A stretch of 44,008 nucleotides of DNA from Thermoanaerobaculia bacterium (lineage in GTDB: Bacteria > Acidobacteriota > Thermoanaerobaculia > Multivoradales > JAHEKO01). The notes under the pieces are model-generated. The model worked only from the letters and a program-made list of their open reading frames with translations, was not told the DNA's origin and did no database searches. Of the stretch, positions 13,300-22,725 are shown piece by piece. The translations under genes and the position numbers were made by a program. The stretch is taken from NCBI GenBank assembly GCA_041394745.1, contig JAWKHP010000027.1:1-44008 (forward strand), read 5' to 3'. How positions within the stretch are numbered: the stretch's first letter is position 1; every line of letters begins with the position of its first letter.

Positions 13300-14202
13300 C
13301 TACGACGCCGCCCGCAGCGCCTTCAGGCCGTCGTTGACCGGCGGGTCGAAGTGCACGTCGAGCTGCGGGAAGGCGATGACGATGCCCTCCCCGGCGAAGG
13401 CGTCCCAGATCGCCTCGCGCAGGCTCGACTGGTGGCGGCGCTCCTTCCACGGGTCCTCCGACCAGACCGAGACCTCCCAGTCGACCGAGGAGCTGCCGAA
13501 GTCGACGAGCAGCACCGCCGGCTCGTGGGCCTCGACTCCCCACTCCATCCCCGCCGCGACGCGCTCGAGCACCGAGCGCACCTTCTTCATGTCGCTCGAG
13601 TAGGTGACCCCGACGAGGACCCGCACGCGGAAGAGGCCGTCGCGGAACGTCAGGTTGGTCACCTCGTTCTTCGCCAGCTGGCTGTTGGGGACGATGATGT
13701 CCTCGTCGTCGAGGGTCCGCGCCACCGTGGCCCGCAGCCCCATGTGCCGCACCCGCACCAACCGGTCCTTGATCTCCAGCACGTCCCCCGGCTTGATCGA
13801 CCGCTCGGTCAGCAGCGTGATTCCCGCCGTCAGGTTCTCCCCCAGGTCCTGCAGGGCGAAGCCGAGGGCGACCGCGAAGAGGGCGCCGGCCGCGAACAGC
13901 GCCGAGAGGTTGATCCCGGCCGTGTGCAACCCGATCGCGAACCCCAGGAAGAGCAGCGCGTAGTGCGTCAGCCGCGCCACCGACTTGATCGTCCCCTCGT
14001 CCGCCACCTGCTTGCGCCGCAGCATCCCCACCACCGCCCGCCGCACCAGCCACGAGACGAGCACCGTGACCAGCAGGATGATCCCCACGACGATCACCGT
14101 CAGCAGCGTCACCTCCTGGTTGCCGATGGTGAAGAGATTGACGTCGAACAGGTCCTCGCCGTGCTCCCGCAGCTTCTCGGCGATGTTCTGGGCTTCGTTC
14201 AT
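13300..14202 (-). CDS. Mechanosensitive ion channel, MscS family
   Basis: 300-aa intact ORF with N-terminal TM helices and the MscS beta-domain pattern (GDVLEIKDRLVRVRHMGLRATVART...IIVPNSQL). Convergent with the patatin gene. Confidence 0.85.
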   Translation of the reverse strand: MNEAQNIAEKLREHGEDLFDVNLFTIGNQEVTLLTVIVVGIILLVTVLVSWLVRRAVVGMLRRKQVADEGTIKSVARLTHYALLFLGFAIGLHTAGINLSALFAAGALFAVALGFALQDLGENLTAGITLLTERSIKPGDVLEIKDRLVRVRHMGLRATVARTLDDEDIIVPNSQLAKNEVTNLTFRDGLFRVRVLVGVTYSSDMKKVRSVLERVAAGMEWGVEAHEPAVLLVDFGSSSVDWEVSVWSEDPWKERRHQSSLREAIWDAFAGEGIVIAFPQLDVHFDPPVNDGLKALRAAS

Positions 14203-14303
14203 GGCGCGTGCCTCCTCTCGTTGCCGCGCAGGCTATCGCGGCGGCGGGCGAGAACCTCGCGCCCGGCCGCCCGTATCCGGGGGCAGACTCCGAAGGGGTA
14301 CCC

Positions 14304-15071
14304 ATGAGCTCGATGCGAAGGCTGACGTTCGCCGTCTCGCTCGCCGCCGCCCTGGCGCCGGCGACCCGGGCTCTCGCCCAGTGGCCGCCCGAGACCCTCA
14401 CCAACCTGCAGGTCCTGGACCCCGCAACACCGCCCGCCGAGGTCATCGCCGCCATGCGCTCCTTCACCTCGGCGCTGGGGGTGCGCTGCCAGTACTGCCA
14501 CGTCTACTCCGGCGACGACCCGGACGACCTGACGGCCTTCGAGTTCGCCTCCGACGAGCGCCCCGCCAAGACGAAGGCCCGCGCCATGCTGCGGATGGTG
14601 CGCACGATCAACGAGGAGCTCCTGCCCGAGGCCGACGGCGAGCTCGGCCTCCGGGTCGAGTGCGAGACCTGCCACCGCGGCCGCGAGCACCCCGAGACCC
14701 TCGTCCACCTCCTCGAGCGCGAGCTCGAGCAGAACGGCCTCGAGCCCACCATCGCCCACTACCGCGAGCTGCGCGCGGAGCTCTACGGCTCGGGAGCCTT
14801 CGACTTCACCGCCGGCTCCCTCGACCGCGTCGCCCGCCACGCCCTCCACGCCGGCCAGGCCGACCGCGCCCTGGCGCTCACCGACCTCAACCTCGAGTTC
14901 CACCCGGACGAGGAGTTCACCAACCTCCTCCGCGCCGAAACCCTCCTCGCCCTCGACCGCCGCGCCGAGGCCCAGCTCCAGTACCAACGCGTCCTCGAGC
15001 TCGCCCCCGACAACGCCTTCGCCGCCCAACGCCTCACCGAGCTCACGACCGACCCCCCAGAGGACCCCTGA
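14304..15071 (+). CDS. Secreted diheme c-type cytochrome (photosynthetic-reaction-centre cytochrome-c-subunit-like fold) with TPR-like C-terminus
   Basis: Signal peptide MSSMRRLTFAVSLAAALAPATRALAQ. Two CxxCH haem motifs (CQYCH, CETCH). GAAGGGG RBS upstream of the ATG at 14304. Confidence 0.7.
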   Translation: MSSMRRLTFAVSLAAALAPATRALAQWPPETLTNLQVLDPATPPAEVIAAMRSFTSALGVRCQYCHVYSGDDPDDLTAFEFASDERPAKTKARAMLRMVRTINEELLPEADGELGLRVECETCHRGREHPETLVHLLERELEQNGLEPTIAHYRELRAELYGSGAFDFTAGSLDRVARHALHAGQADRALALTDLNLEFHPDEEFTNLLRAETLLALDRRAEAQLQYQRVLELAPDNAFAAQRLTELTTDPPEDP

Positions 15072-15130
15072 CCCCCGCCTCCGGTTGACACTCCTCCGAC
15101 CCCCTCGCTATCCTTCGTCGCTCTCGCCGT

Positions 15131-15206
15131 GGGGCCGTAGCTCAGTTGGGAGAGCGCCTGAATGGCATTCAGGAGGTCGTCGGTTCGATCCCGACTGGCT
15201 CCACCA
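15131..15206 (+). tRNA. tRNA-Ala (anticodon GGC)
   Basis: Manual fold: acceptor GGGGCCG/TGGCTCC with the G3:U70 Ala identity pair. D arm GCTC-AGTTGGGA-GAGC. Anticodon arm CCTGA-ATGGCAT-TCAGG (U33, GGC, A37). T arm GTCGG-TTCGATC-CCGAC; encoded CCA. Confidence 0.9.
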
Positions 15207-15247
15207 TCAATCCCCCCAGACCCCGCAAGGACTTACTCACGGTCCTT

Positions 15248-15902
15248 CTAGTGGGGGAAGCCCGACGCCGGTCGGGGCACTGTTACACCCCATGTACACC
15301 TCACGGGAGAGGCGCGCGGATCAGCGCGCGCCGGCGCCTCCCGCCAGCCGAATCCCTCTCCGTCGCCGGGAAGGCGAGGACGATCGCGTGCAGCGCGGCG
15401 TTGACCCGCACGATCAGCTCGCCGAACTCTACCGGCAGCCCCATCGTTTCGCATGTACCGCGACGTCGCTCCGTCCGCGAAGTAGAAACGCGTCCCGCGC
15501 ATTGTCGTGCCCGTGACACGTAGGCACCCGGACGTGCCTACGAAGTCCGCCCGGTATCCGCTGCCGATCTGCTTGGCGTCATGGAACGTCACCTTGTTTC
15601 GCATCTTGACGAGCGCTTTCGCTAGCGTGCTGCCCTTCCTCTCCTCGAATCGCCCGCTTGACGGCGCGCCAGGCCCGCTTCCGATCACGTCCGATTGCCT
15701 GTTCGACCTTCCTGAAGGCGGCATGCGCGATCGCGTCCCCGTTCTCACGCGGATCAACCCAGCAGCTCGCGTGGACGACGCCTGCCATCAGACGGGCAGT
15801 GGAGTGCCCAGTCCAGCCCGAGCGTCTGACCTGAAGCTCGGCTCGGGAGAGGGTGTTTCTCGCGAGCCTCCGGGGCTTCACTCCTCCAGCAGACCTCGCC
15901 AT
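15248..15902 (-). pseudogene. Tyrosine-recombinase (phage-type integrase)-like remnant
   Basis: Two overlapping minus-frame ORFs resemble the integrase catalytic/C-terminal region (…RLARNTLSRAELQVRRSGWTGHSTARLMAGV…WVDPRENGDAIAHAAF; …TFHDAKQIGSGYR…TGTTMRGTRFYFADG). Weak, degenerate match. Its position directly 3' of a tRNA is typical of integrases. Confidence 0.3.
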
Positions 15903-16013
15903 GTGGAGGTCCCGGAAGTCGTTGTAGACCGCCGCCAGGGCAAGAACGAGATCGCCCGCGACGTCCTGCGGCGTCTCCCCTGGTCACCGACGAACGCCGC
16001 GGGATCGAAGGTC

Positions 16014-16385
16014 TCAAGGGGTGCCAGGGCACCTAGTTCCTCGCGGTACGGCATCCAACCGAGAGCTACGCCACGTCAACCCGGGTGACTCGGGTTTCAC
16101 CGGATAGATGTCAACCAAGAAGACCCTACTCTGGTCGCTGTTCAGGGTGTAGTAGATCGTGTACTCGCCCTCGGCCAGCTCGATCGAGATCGTCCACAGA
16201 TCATCTACTCCGGGGACCGGCGTACAGTACGTAGGGTTGCACGGATCTCGTTTGAGGAGATGCTCGACTTCTAGCGCGTCACCCGCGCGCTCCACCGTCC
16301 CCAGCAGGAGCCCTGACTGCTCCTCGAACCTCTCGCTGAAGTCGACGAAGAACGGCTCGCTACCTCGGCACCGCACCGACGACAA
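16014..16385 (-). CDS. RelE/ParE-superfamily-like toxin
   Basis: ...PFFVDFSERFEEQ...LEVEHLLKRDPCNP...DDLWTISIELAEGEYTIYYTLNSDQSRVFLVDIYPVK matches the RelE/ParE fold pattern (NP...L.ELR...YRIIY.VD....V.IL.I.H.K). Lies immediately downstream of the DUF4065 gene. Confidence 0.5.
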   Translation of the reverse strand: MSSVRCRGSEPFFVDFSERFEEQSGLLLGTVERAGDALEVEHLLKRDPCNPTYCTPVPGVDDLWTISIELAEGEYTIYYTLNSDQSRVFLVDIYPVKPESPGLTWRSSRLDAVPRGTRCPGTP

Positions 16386-16399
16386 GCCTTCTGACCGAA

Positions 16400-16937
16400 T
16401 TCGATTTCGTCGCTCGTCAGCGGGCGGGCCTCCGTGACGAAGATGGTCTCGTAGGGGATCTCTTCCGTATCGCGGCGCCCTGCCAGCCGGGTTCGCGATG
16501 CAGACACCGCGATCTGCTTCGCGTTCAGTTCCCTGAACGTCGCCAATACCTCATCGATCAGCTCGACCTCGGCGCCGGAAAACGCCTCGTCGGGCTCTCG
16601 AGCGCCACCAGCCGCAACTGCTTCTTCCGATCAAACAGCTCGCTCCTCCCGCTCGCACTCCTCATTGTTGAGCATCTCGTCCACGAGCGGCACGAATCTC
16701 ACCGGAGCTGGTCCGTACGGCAGCTTCTGGTACCGGTGCCCGGTGATGGACTCGCCGAGCGACCGATACGCCCAGAAGTCCGCAAAAGTAGAGCAACTTG
16801 TTGAGCTTCGTCTGACTGAACTTGGGGTCGCTCCACGACTTCGACGCCAAGTACAACACCAGCTCCCGGAACTTCCGGTCGTTGCCTGGCGCGGCGTGCT
16901 TGTCTCTTTCTCGCCATAGTTGACACCTTCTCTCCAA
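16400..16937 (-). pseudogene. DUF4065 (Panacea-domain, SocA-like) antitoxin/phage-associated protein, interrupted by at least 2 frameshifts
   Basis: FRELVLYLASKSWSDPKFSQTKLNKLLYF then, in another frame, ADFWAYRSLGESITGHRYQKLPYGPAPVRFVPLVDEML. The C-terminal ...SGAEVELIDEVLATFRELNAKQIAVSASRTRLAGRRDTEEIPYETIFV is in a third frame. One shift is an extra T in a TTTT run (tacttttgcggac). Confidence 0.55.
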
Positions 16938-17597
16938 GGAGGCAGCTGCCCGAACGGGCGTTGGTAGGGTAGCACGAAAACACGGACAGTCAAGCCGTAA
17001 ACCGTCTTAAACAAAGCACTTAGATTGAGAATAGAGGAACTGTGTGCAAGCGCCTCCGTGAGTAGAAATTACTCGCAGAGAGGCGGCCCCGGTCAGACCC
17101 GCTTCGCTGCAGAGGAGGGCGTCCTCGCCGCCGTGGCACGATGCCCCTCTGGCGACAGGCGAGGTTCGGGCCTGCAACCGGGACGCTCCCCGAGCGCTTC
17201 AGTGGGCCAGGGCGCCGCCCCGGGTCTGGTGCCCCCAGGGACGGCACCGGCGGGTTCCGGCCGCATGTAAACGCACGCCCGGTTATGGCCTCCCGCCACG
17301 GGCTCCTTATTCGACGTGCCACCCTTTTCGACGACCTCACACTCCGAGACAAACCGGGGAGGAACGGCACGTCGAGAGAGCCTCCTGACCCGCCCAGTGG
17401 CACGGGCGCCGTCCCCGGAGGGCCGAGTCACGCCGGCCATCCCCGCGAGGTCACGCGAGGGCTACAGCAGAAAGCGGCATTGCACCGTCGTCGCGGTCAC
17501 CTCGACCAGCTCGCCGGCAGCACGTAGCCAGAGCCCGTCCCATGCCTTCCAGGACGCAATAGGCCTCTGCACCACCGCGGAATGGGTCGCACCCCTT

Positions 17598-17760
17598 CAC
17601 TCGCTCCTCTTGGGTTGGCGAGACAGTCGCGGTCTTGCGGCCATCAGGCCCTCCTTCTCCAGATCTTTCCGGATTCGACGGTAGTCCATAGACTCGGCCA
17701 CCGAGAGAAACCGTTCTAGTTCCGCTATTGCTTCGGCCGTGCGTCCTGATGCTCATAGTG
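17598..17760 (-). mobile_element. IS3-family transposase fragment
   Basis: Reverse-complement reads ...AIAELERFLSVAESMDYRRIRKDLEKEGLMAARPRLSRQPKRSE*, resembling the OrfA/OrfB junction region of IS3 transposases (YRRI...L..EGL.ARRKR). Only a short fragment is recognisable. Confidence 0.3.
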
Positions 17761-18997
17761 AGTGAAAGAGACCCAGCGACACAGACTCGGACCTGATAGC
17801 GACGAACAAGTTGGGCTCGAACACTTCTACCGCACGTGAGTCGTCATTCATGTCTAGCAGCAAACCACCCAAGACCAACTCGCCCCGCGGGTGTCACCCG
17901 GTTCACCGACCAGCTCGCGGAGCAGGTCTATTGCCTCCTCACGCCGCCCAGAGTCTCGCAACCTCACTGCCTCATCGAAGGCTCACGGCAGCGAGTGAGG
18001 CCGTTCTCTACTTCCACCGCTCGACTCTCCGTCAACCTCTATGTCTGGTCGTCGGCGTCCTTCACGCTTGTGGATCCTTGAGTGTCTTGGCTTCGACGCC
18101 TCGACTTCTAAAGGACTCGCACCCTCCCGGCGCGCTCGGACTTCGGCTACGCAGCAGAACAAGGACACGCAAGGAGCGGCTTGCCACACCGAGCGCGAAT
18201 CGCGTTCCCCAGGCATCGACATGGCCGGTCAGGCTTAGGTCTGACCAATACAGCACAGACGCTCCATTGAAGATGTCCTGTCTTGAGCTGAAGCGCAAGC
18301 AGCAACCATACGCGAACGCCACACTTCGGCGCCTGACCGCAGGACGTCCCTGCATCCTCCTCGTCGAACGCAGACTCAGCCACGTCCACAGCGATGCATG
18401 GGCCCCGAGAGCCAAGAGCTGCCGTCGGCGACCGGGCCAGCTGCTCACGGTCAGCACGCAGCGCATGGCTACTGACACGCTCAGCGGGAAGGTACCGGTC
18501 AGGCAACTCTCGATGAAGATCATGGGCTTCGACCTGCTGGTCCAAGTGCTTGATCCACCTTGACGCACGTGCAGGTCGCACCGCCGGATCGAGCCTTGCC
18601 GCGCATTACGGCAGGAGCTTGCGATCCATCTTCAAACCTCTCAAGGAGCTCAATCTCCTCCGGCGTTTCCAGGTGAACCGTCACCCTCAGGAGCGGCTCT
18701 CCTTTCCACGGTACATAAGCGCGTACCGCAACACGCAACCATCTCCTCGCTCCCAATTCTGAGCCCAGGTTCGCACCGTCACGGGCGGCTCCACCGTCTT
18801 GTCCACGTAGCTGCCCCATCCCAGAGTTCCCGAGCCACCGTTCCCGGAGCCCACACCTACCGGCCCTCCAACCCTGATCAACAGCCGTGCCCACGATCTC
18901 GGTCACGAGCGCCTCAGCTGGAGCACGTCTCGACAGCGTACCTCGCTCTCCGACAGCTCCGACTTCCAATACTCGATTTCCCTCGCTTCGTGCGGGA

Positions 18998-19857
18998 TCA
19001 CGATCGAGCCGAACGCGTCGTCGGGTCCCTCTCGACGTCCAACTGCCCAATCCTGCCCACTTCGATCCACAGCCGAGCGCCACGCACACGGCAACCACAA
19101 CACCGCCGATCTCTCGCGGTCTCCTCACAGCCCTCCGGACCATGGCGCACTACCTCCGCTCGAGCGCCGATGGCTTCACATTGGGCGGCCGGGCTCGTCC
19201 TCCTCGGCAGTCTTGGCCTGATCCGGGTCCCCCGGACGCACTCCTCGTCTCGATGCCCTTCGGCGCCATCGCGTAGCAGTCTCACCAGGTCGGTCGCCAG
19301 CCTGTTGGCAACGTAGAGACCGCACAGCAGGAATAGATAGAACGGCGGAGTCTTCCCAAAGCTCGCCTTCGCACCGCGAACCACGCCTCTGTTCCGACCG
19401 CCAGAATCGAACCACGCAGCCACAAGAGGCAGCACTCCCCGCCAACGGTTCGATCGAGGCAATACCTCACCGACAAGGCCGGAAAGGACACCGGGCACGC
19501 CGTAGGTCATCCACACGATCTGATTGGGAACGGTCGTCCGCCCTCCATGCGCACCCCTCTGAGAATGGGTGGTTATCACCCAGCTTCATCACCTCGATAT
19601 CGATCTTCCCGACCAAGGCCGCGAGAGCACGCTCGGAACGCCTCGACCTCAGCAATGCAGCTCAACATGAACACCGCTGGAACGATGCTCACACCGAGTA
19701 TGAACTGGACATCCCAGATATAGAAGCTGAGACTCACCGCCAAGTGCGACCAGTACGGCACGGATGCGAACCATGGGACGGGACCCACCCTGATCTGGAA
19801 GGTGAAGAGCAGCCACAGGAACGCCAAGGCCTCGAAGGCCTCTGCTTCCACCTCCAA
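18998..19857 (-). pseudogene. Membrane glycosyltransferase (GT39/ArnT-like)-like remnant
   Basis: Two minus ORFs with TM-like segments and a ...FGKTPPFYLFLLCGLYVANRLATDL motif that recalls the EKPPLFYWL signature of GT39/ArnT family. Weak; no intact frame. Confidence 0.2.
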
Positions 19858-20290
19858 ACCAGGATCGACGCGACGAGGAGGCCAGCTGACGAGCCAGCGA
19901 AGGGGCTGATTGAAAGCGACCCACTTCTGCGCCCCTGCGGGCCCCAGACGCCGGTGACGAGACGGAAGGAACCCGGAGGTCGCCAGCCCAGCGCCTCGAG
20001 GAGCAAGTCAAGGCGATCACCACGCTGAAGCAACAGCTCGCAAGTACGAGGATGAGGGCGTGACCGCAGCCTCTTGAGCTCTCCCGATCACCATCGTCGA
20101 GACGCGGTTGGGTGCCTTGTGCGCAGCACGGCGCTCCTCTCCGTTCGTGGATTCGCAGCCCAGGGTAACTCCCACCGTCCGGGCGTGCCAGAGCGGGACC
20201 CTCAGGAGTGGGCGACCTCCCCACGGCTTGCCTGCCGGCATTCGGGAACTCGGCTGGTCCCGTTCGCTACTTACCGCTCTCCGCGCTCGC

Positions 20291-21295
20291 TCACCACGGC
20301 GACCCCTCCGTCCAATCCCCCAGCGTCACCTCCCCCACCCTCCCGTGAGACGTCTCCTCCTCCTCCGTCTCCCACCGGATCTTGATGGCGCACCCGGTGC
20401 CCGGCTCGAAGGACGGGAGGAGCGGTGGGCGGGTGCCCGCGCTGGTGAGGAGGTAGGGGCGGAGGAACCAGTTGCGGTAGAGGTACTTGTAGAAGAAGGT
20501 GAGGCAGAGTTCGGAGGCGGCTTGCCACGCGACGCCGCAGGGGTTTCGGGAGGAGCCGCTGCAGGGGACGATGTCCTGGCCGGGCGGGAACCAGTCCCAG
20601 TGGCCGGCCTTCTGGAGGGCGGCCTGGTGCTTGGGGAGGCCGGCCTCGGGGTAGGGCTGGAAGTCGGGCTGGTTGAAGAGGCCGGCCTCGTCGGTGCCGT
20701 TGACGAAGAGCAGCGGCACGCCGGCCTCGACGACCTGCCGCTTGGCGGTCTCGCTGGTCCAGGTGCCCGAGATCGTCGCCACGGCCCGGGCCGGGAACTC
20801 GGGGCTGCCGACGAGGCGGGCGCAGACCAGCGCGCCCCAGGAGTGGCCGATCAGGCCCATCGGGTAGCTCTGCTGCCCGATCACGGTCAGCAGCACCTCC
20901 CGGTGCTCCCAGTCCGAGTACATCCAGCGGATCACGTCGGTGACGAGAGCCGATGCGTCGGCGGCCGCGGTCTTCTCGTTGCCCGAGCTCAGGGGACCGC
21001 TCACGTCCGGAGCGACGACCACGAAGCCGCAGCGCGCGAGCAGATGGAGCACGCCGCCCCAGCGCGTGTAGTCGGTCGTCCAGTCCGGCGGGCACATCTC
21101 CGGGCTCGAGCCCCGGTCGCCGTGGACGAACACCAGAAGCGGATAGTCGCCGGGCAGGATCTCCGCCGTCTCGGGATCGACCGGATCGCCCTTGCCGGGT
21201 CCCGCCGGGAAGTAGATCCTCATCCGACGCTCCGCCTCGACCGTGAACGAGACGTCGCGCAGGCCGAAGGCCACAGGTGATCGAAGCAGGCTCAT
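20291..21295 (-). CDS. Alpha/beta-hydrolase (lipase/esterase; chlorophyllase/PETase/PAF-acetylhydrolase-like fold)
   Basis: 334-aa intact ORF; GxSxG elbow GHSWGA; typical LLVFVHGDRG and FVVVAPD segments. Confidence 0.8.
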   Translation of the reverse strand: MSLLRSPVAFGLRDVSFTVEAERRMRIYFPAGPGKGDPVDPETAEILPGDYPLLVFVHGDRGSSPEMCPPDWTTDYTRWGGVLHLLARCGFVVVAPDVSGPLSSGNEKTAAADASALVTDVIRWMYSDWEHREVLLTVIGQQSYPMGLIGHSWGALVCARLVGSPEFPARAVATISGTWTSETAKRQVVEAGVPLLFVNGTDEAGLFNQPDFQPYPEAGLPKHQAALQKAGHWDWFPPGQDIVPCSGSSRNPCGVAWQAASELCLTFFYKYLYRNWFLRPYLLTSAGTRPPLLPSFEPGTGCAIKIRWETEEEETSHGRVGEVTLGDWTEGSPW

Positions 21296-21428
21296 TCGCA
21301 GCTCCTCTCCTCACCGTGGACGGGCGCGCCGACGCCGGCGGCGTTACCCCCGCCCCACCGGCACTGCGGTACAGTCGCCTCCGGCCCACACGAAACGACC
21401 GATCAGCTGACATCAACGAAGGAGGCAG

Positions 21429-22278
21429 CATGCCGCACCGCAAGTACCTCATCGCCCTGTCCATCCTCGCCCTCGCCGCCGGCGCCGCCTCGGCGCAGGT
21501 CGACTGCTCGACCCAGCTGCTGGGCTCCTCGCAAGGGGCGCAGGGCGACCTCGACTGGTCGGCCGCCCCGGTCGGCCTCGGCGGGGAGTACTACTCCGTC
21601 GACATCGCCACCGGCGCGGGATCGCTCATCGGGACGATGGCGTCGGGCCTGGCCAGCGAGCTCGAGTACGACATCCTCAACGACGAGCTGTGGGCGGAGG
21701 AGGTCGACGGCGGCCCCAACCTCCACCAACTGAACCCGATGACCGGCGGGACGATCACGACGGTCGCGCACACCCCCGGAGGCCTGGTCGGATTGGAGTT
21801 CGTCGGCTCGACGCTCTACGGCACCTTCATCAGCGGACCCGGAGCGCCGTCCGACCTCGTCATCGTCAACACCGGCACGGGAGCCCTGACCACCATCGGC
21901 CCGACGGGCTTCGGCCCCATCTCCGGTCTCGCCTACGACCCCGTCAGCGGCATCATGTACGGCGTGGTCGGCGGCAACCCCGGCGCCGGCGACGGTGGTA
22001 GCGGCGGCGGCGATCTGGTGACCGTCGATCTCGCGAGCGGCGCCGCCACCTCCGTCGGCCCGACCGGCCTCACCGCCGTCGGCGGCCTCGCCTTCGCCCC
22101 CAACGGGACGCTCTACGGCGGAACGGCTTCGGGGTCGGCGACACCGAACTCGCTCTTCACCATCGACCCCGCCACCGGTGCTGCGACCTTCGTCGGCTCC
22201 GTCGGCTTCTCGGTCACCGGCCTCACCGCCTGCGCCGAGGTCGTGCCGGTGGAGCTGCAGTCGATTTCGGTGGAGTAG
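21429..22278 (+). CDS. Secreted repeat protein with recurring TGA(A)T...G(P)TG motifs (DUF4394-like)
   Basis: Signal peptide MPHRKYLIALSILALAAGAASAQ. Repeats such as VNTGTGALTTIGPTGFGPISGLAYDP, VDLASGAATSVGPTGLTAVGGLAFAP and IDPATGAATFVGSVGF. GAAGGAGG RBS upstream of the ATG. Confidence 0.7.
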
Positions 22279-22348
22279 GACAGCACGGGCCAGCTCCACC
22301 CGAAGTGGCCCGGGTCCGGATAATCGCCGGCCCTCGAAGGAAACGACC

Positions 22349-22423
22349 ATGCACGCGAAGAGCCTCAACTTCTGCTCGGGATGGTTCCGAGTGGTCCCAG
22401 CGGCCCGGGAGGGCACCGCGTAG
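22349..22423 (+). other. Candidate small ORF (24 aa, MHAKSLNFCSGWFRVVPAAREGTA) with its own RBS, followed by a strong intrinsic terminator
   Basis: GAAGGAAA 6 nt upstream of the ATG. A terminator hairpin lies 40 nt downstream. There is no other support; it could be non-coding. Confidence 0.2.
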
Positions 22424-22465
22424 GCACTGCGTGCATGTGACGCTCGCATCGGCGAGCGTGGCGAA

Positions 22466-22499
22466 GAGCCTTCCGGTCCCCGGAAGGCTCTTTCTTTTG
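22466..22499 (+). terminator. Rho-independent terminator
   Basis: Perfect 11-bp GC-rich stem GAGCCTTCCGG-tccc-CCGGAAGGCTC followed by TTTCTTTTG. Confidence 0.75.
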
Positions 22500-22636
22500 C
22501 GAACGAAAGACCAGGAGGACGACGATACGAATGAGTGCTGACAACCACCGGCCGGCGGCGCGCGAGCCTCAGAGGGTGCTTCACCTTCGTCTGATCGGCA
22601 TCGCGCGTTCCGTGAACGGGTTCCGACGACGTGGTT

Positions 22637-22725
22637 GCAGACGATTGGTGGACGTGGCGAAACGGTAACGCGCTGGAGGCCCCTCGCGCCTCCGGACAGT
22701 GCGGGTTCGAATCCCGCCGTCTGCC
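22637..22725 (+). ncRNA. tRNA-like element with canonical acceptor and T arm but non-canonical core (possible tRNA pseudogene or class-II tRNA with indels)
   Basis: Acceptor GCAGACG/CGTCTGC (7 bp perfect). T arm GCGGG-TTCGAAT-CCCGC. An internal GCG-AAACGGTAA-CGC D-arm-like hairpin and an 8-bp stem CTGGAGGC-ccctcgc-GCCTCCGG. The spacing does not fit a standard cloverleaf. A second candidate 5' acceptor strand, GTGGACG, lies 11 nt downstream. Confidence 0.35.

Larger units (their letters stand above)
15207..20290. mobile_element. Decayed integrated element / genomic-island remnant adjacent to tRNA-Ala (lower GC, only gene fragments)
   Basis: Visibly lower GC than the ~70% flanks, including an AT-rich patch at 16990-17080. 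No intact long ORF. Integrase-like remnant next to the tRNA, a TA pair, IS3-like transposase fragment and a membrane-GT-like remnant. The end at ~20290 is set by the next intact gene, not by an identified repeat boundary. Confidence 0.4.

Noticed and set aside
16271-16546. 91-aa ORF that at first looked like a separate RHH/Phd-type antitoxin
   Set aside because: It is the C-terminal domain of the frameshifted DUF4065 (Panacea) protein (ELIDEVLATFRELNAKQIAVSASRTRLAG...EIPYETIFV), not an independent gene.
19380-19445. Possible attR (partial tRNA-Ala 3'-end copy, CGGTTCGATC) marking the island end
   Set aside because: Only a 10-nt match centred on the generic T-loop sequence. Not distinguishable from chance without a search.
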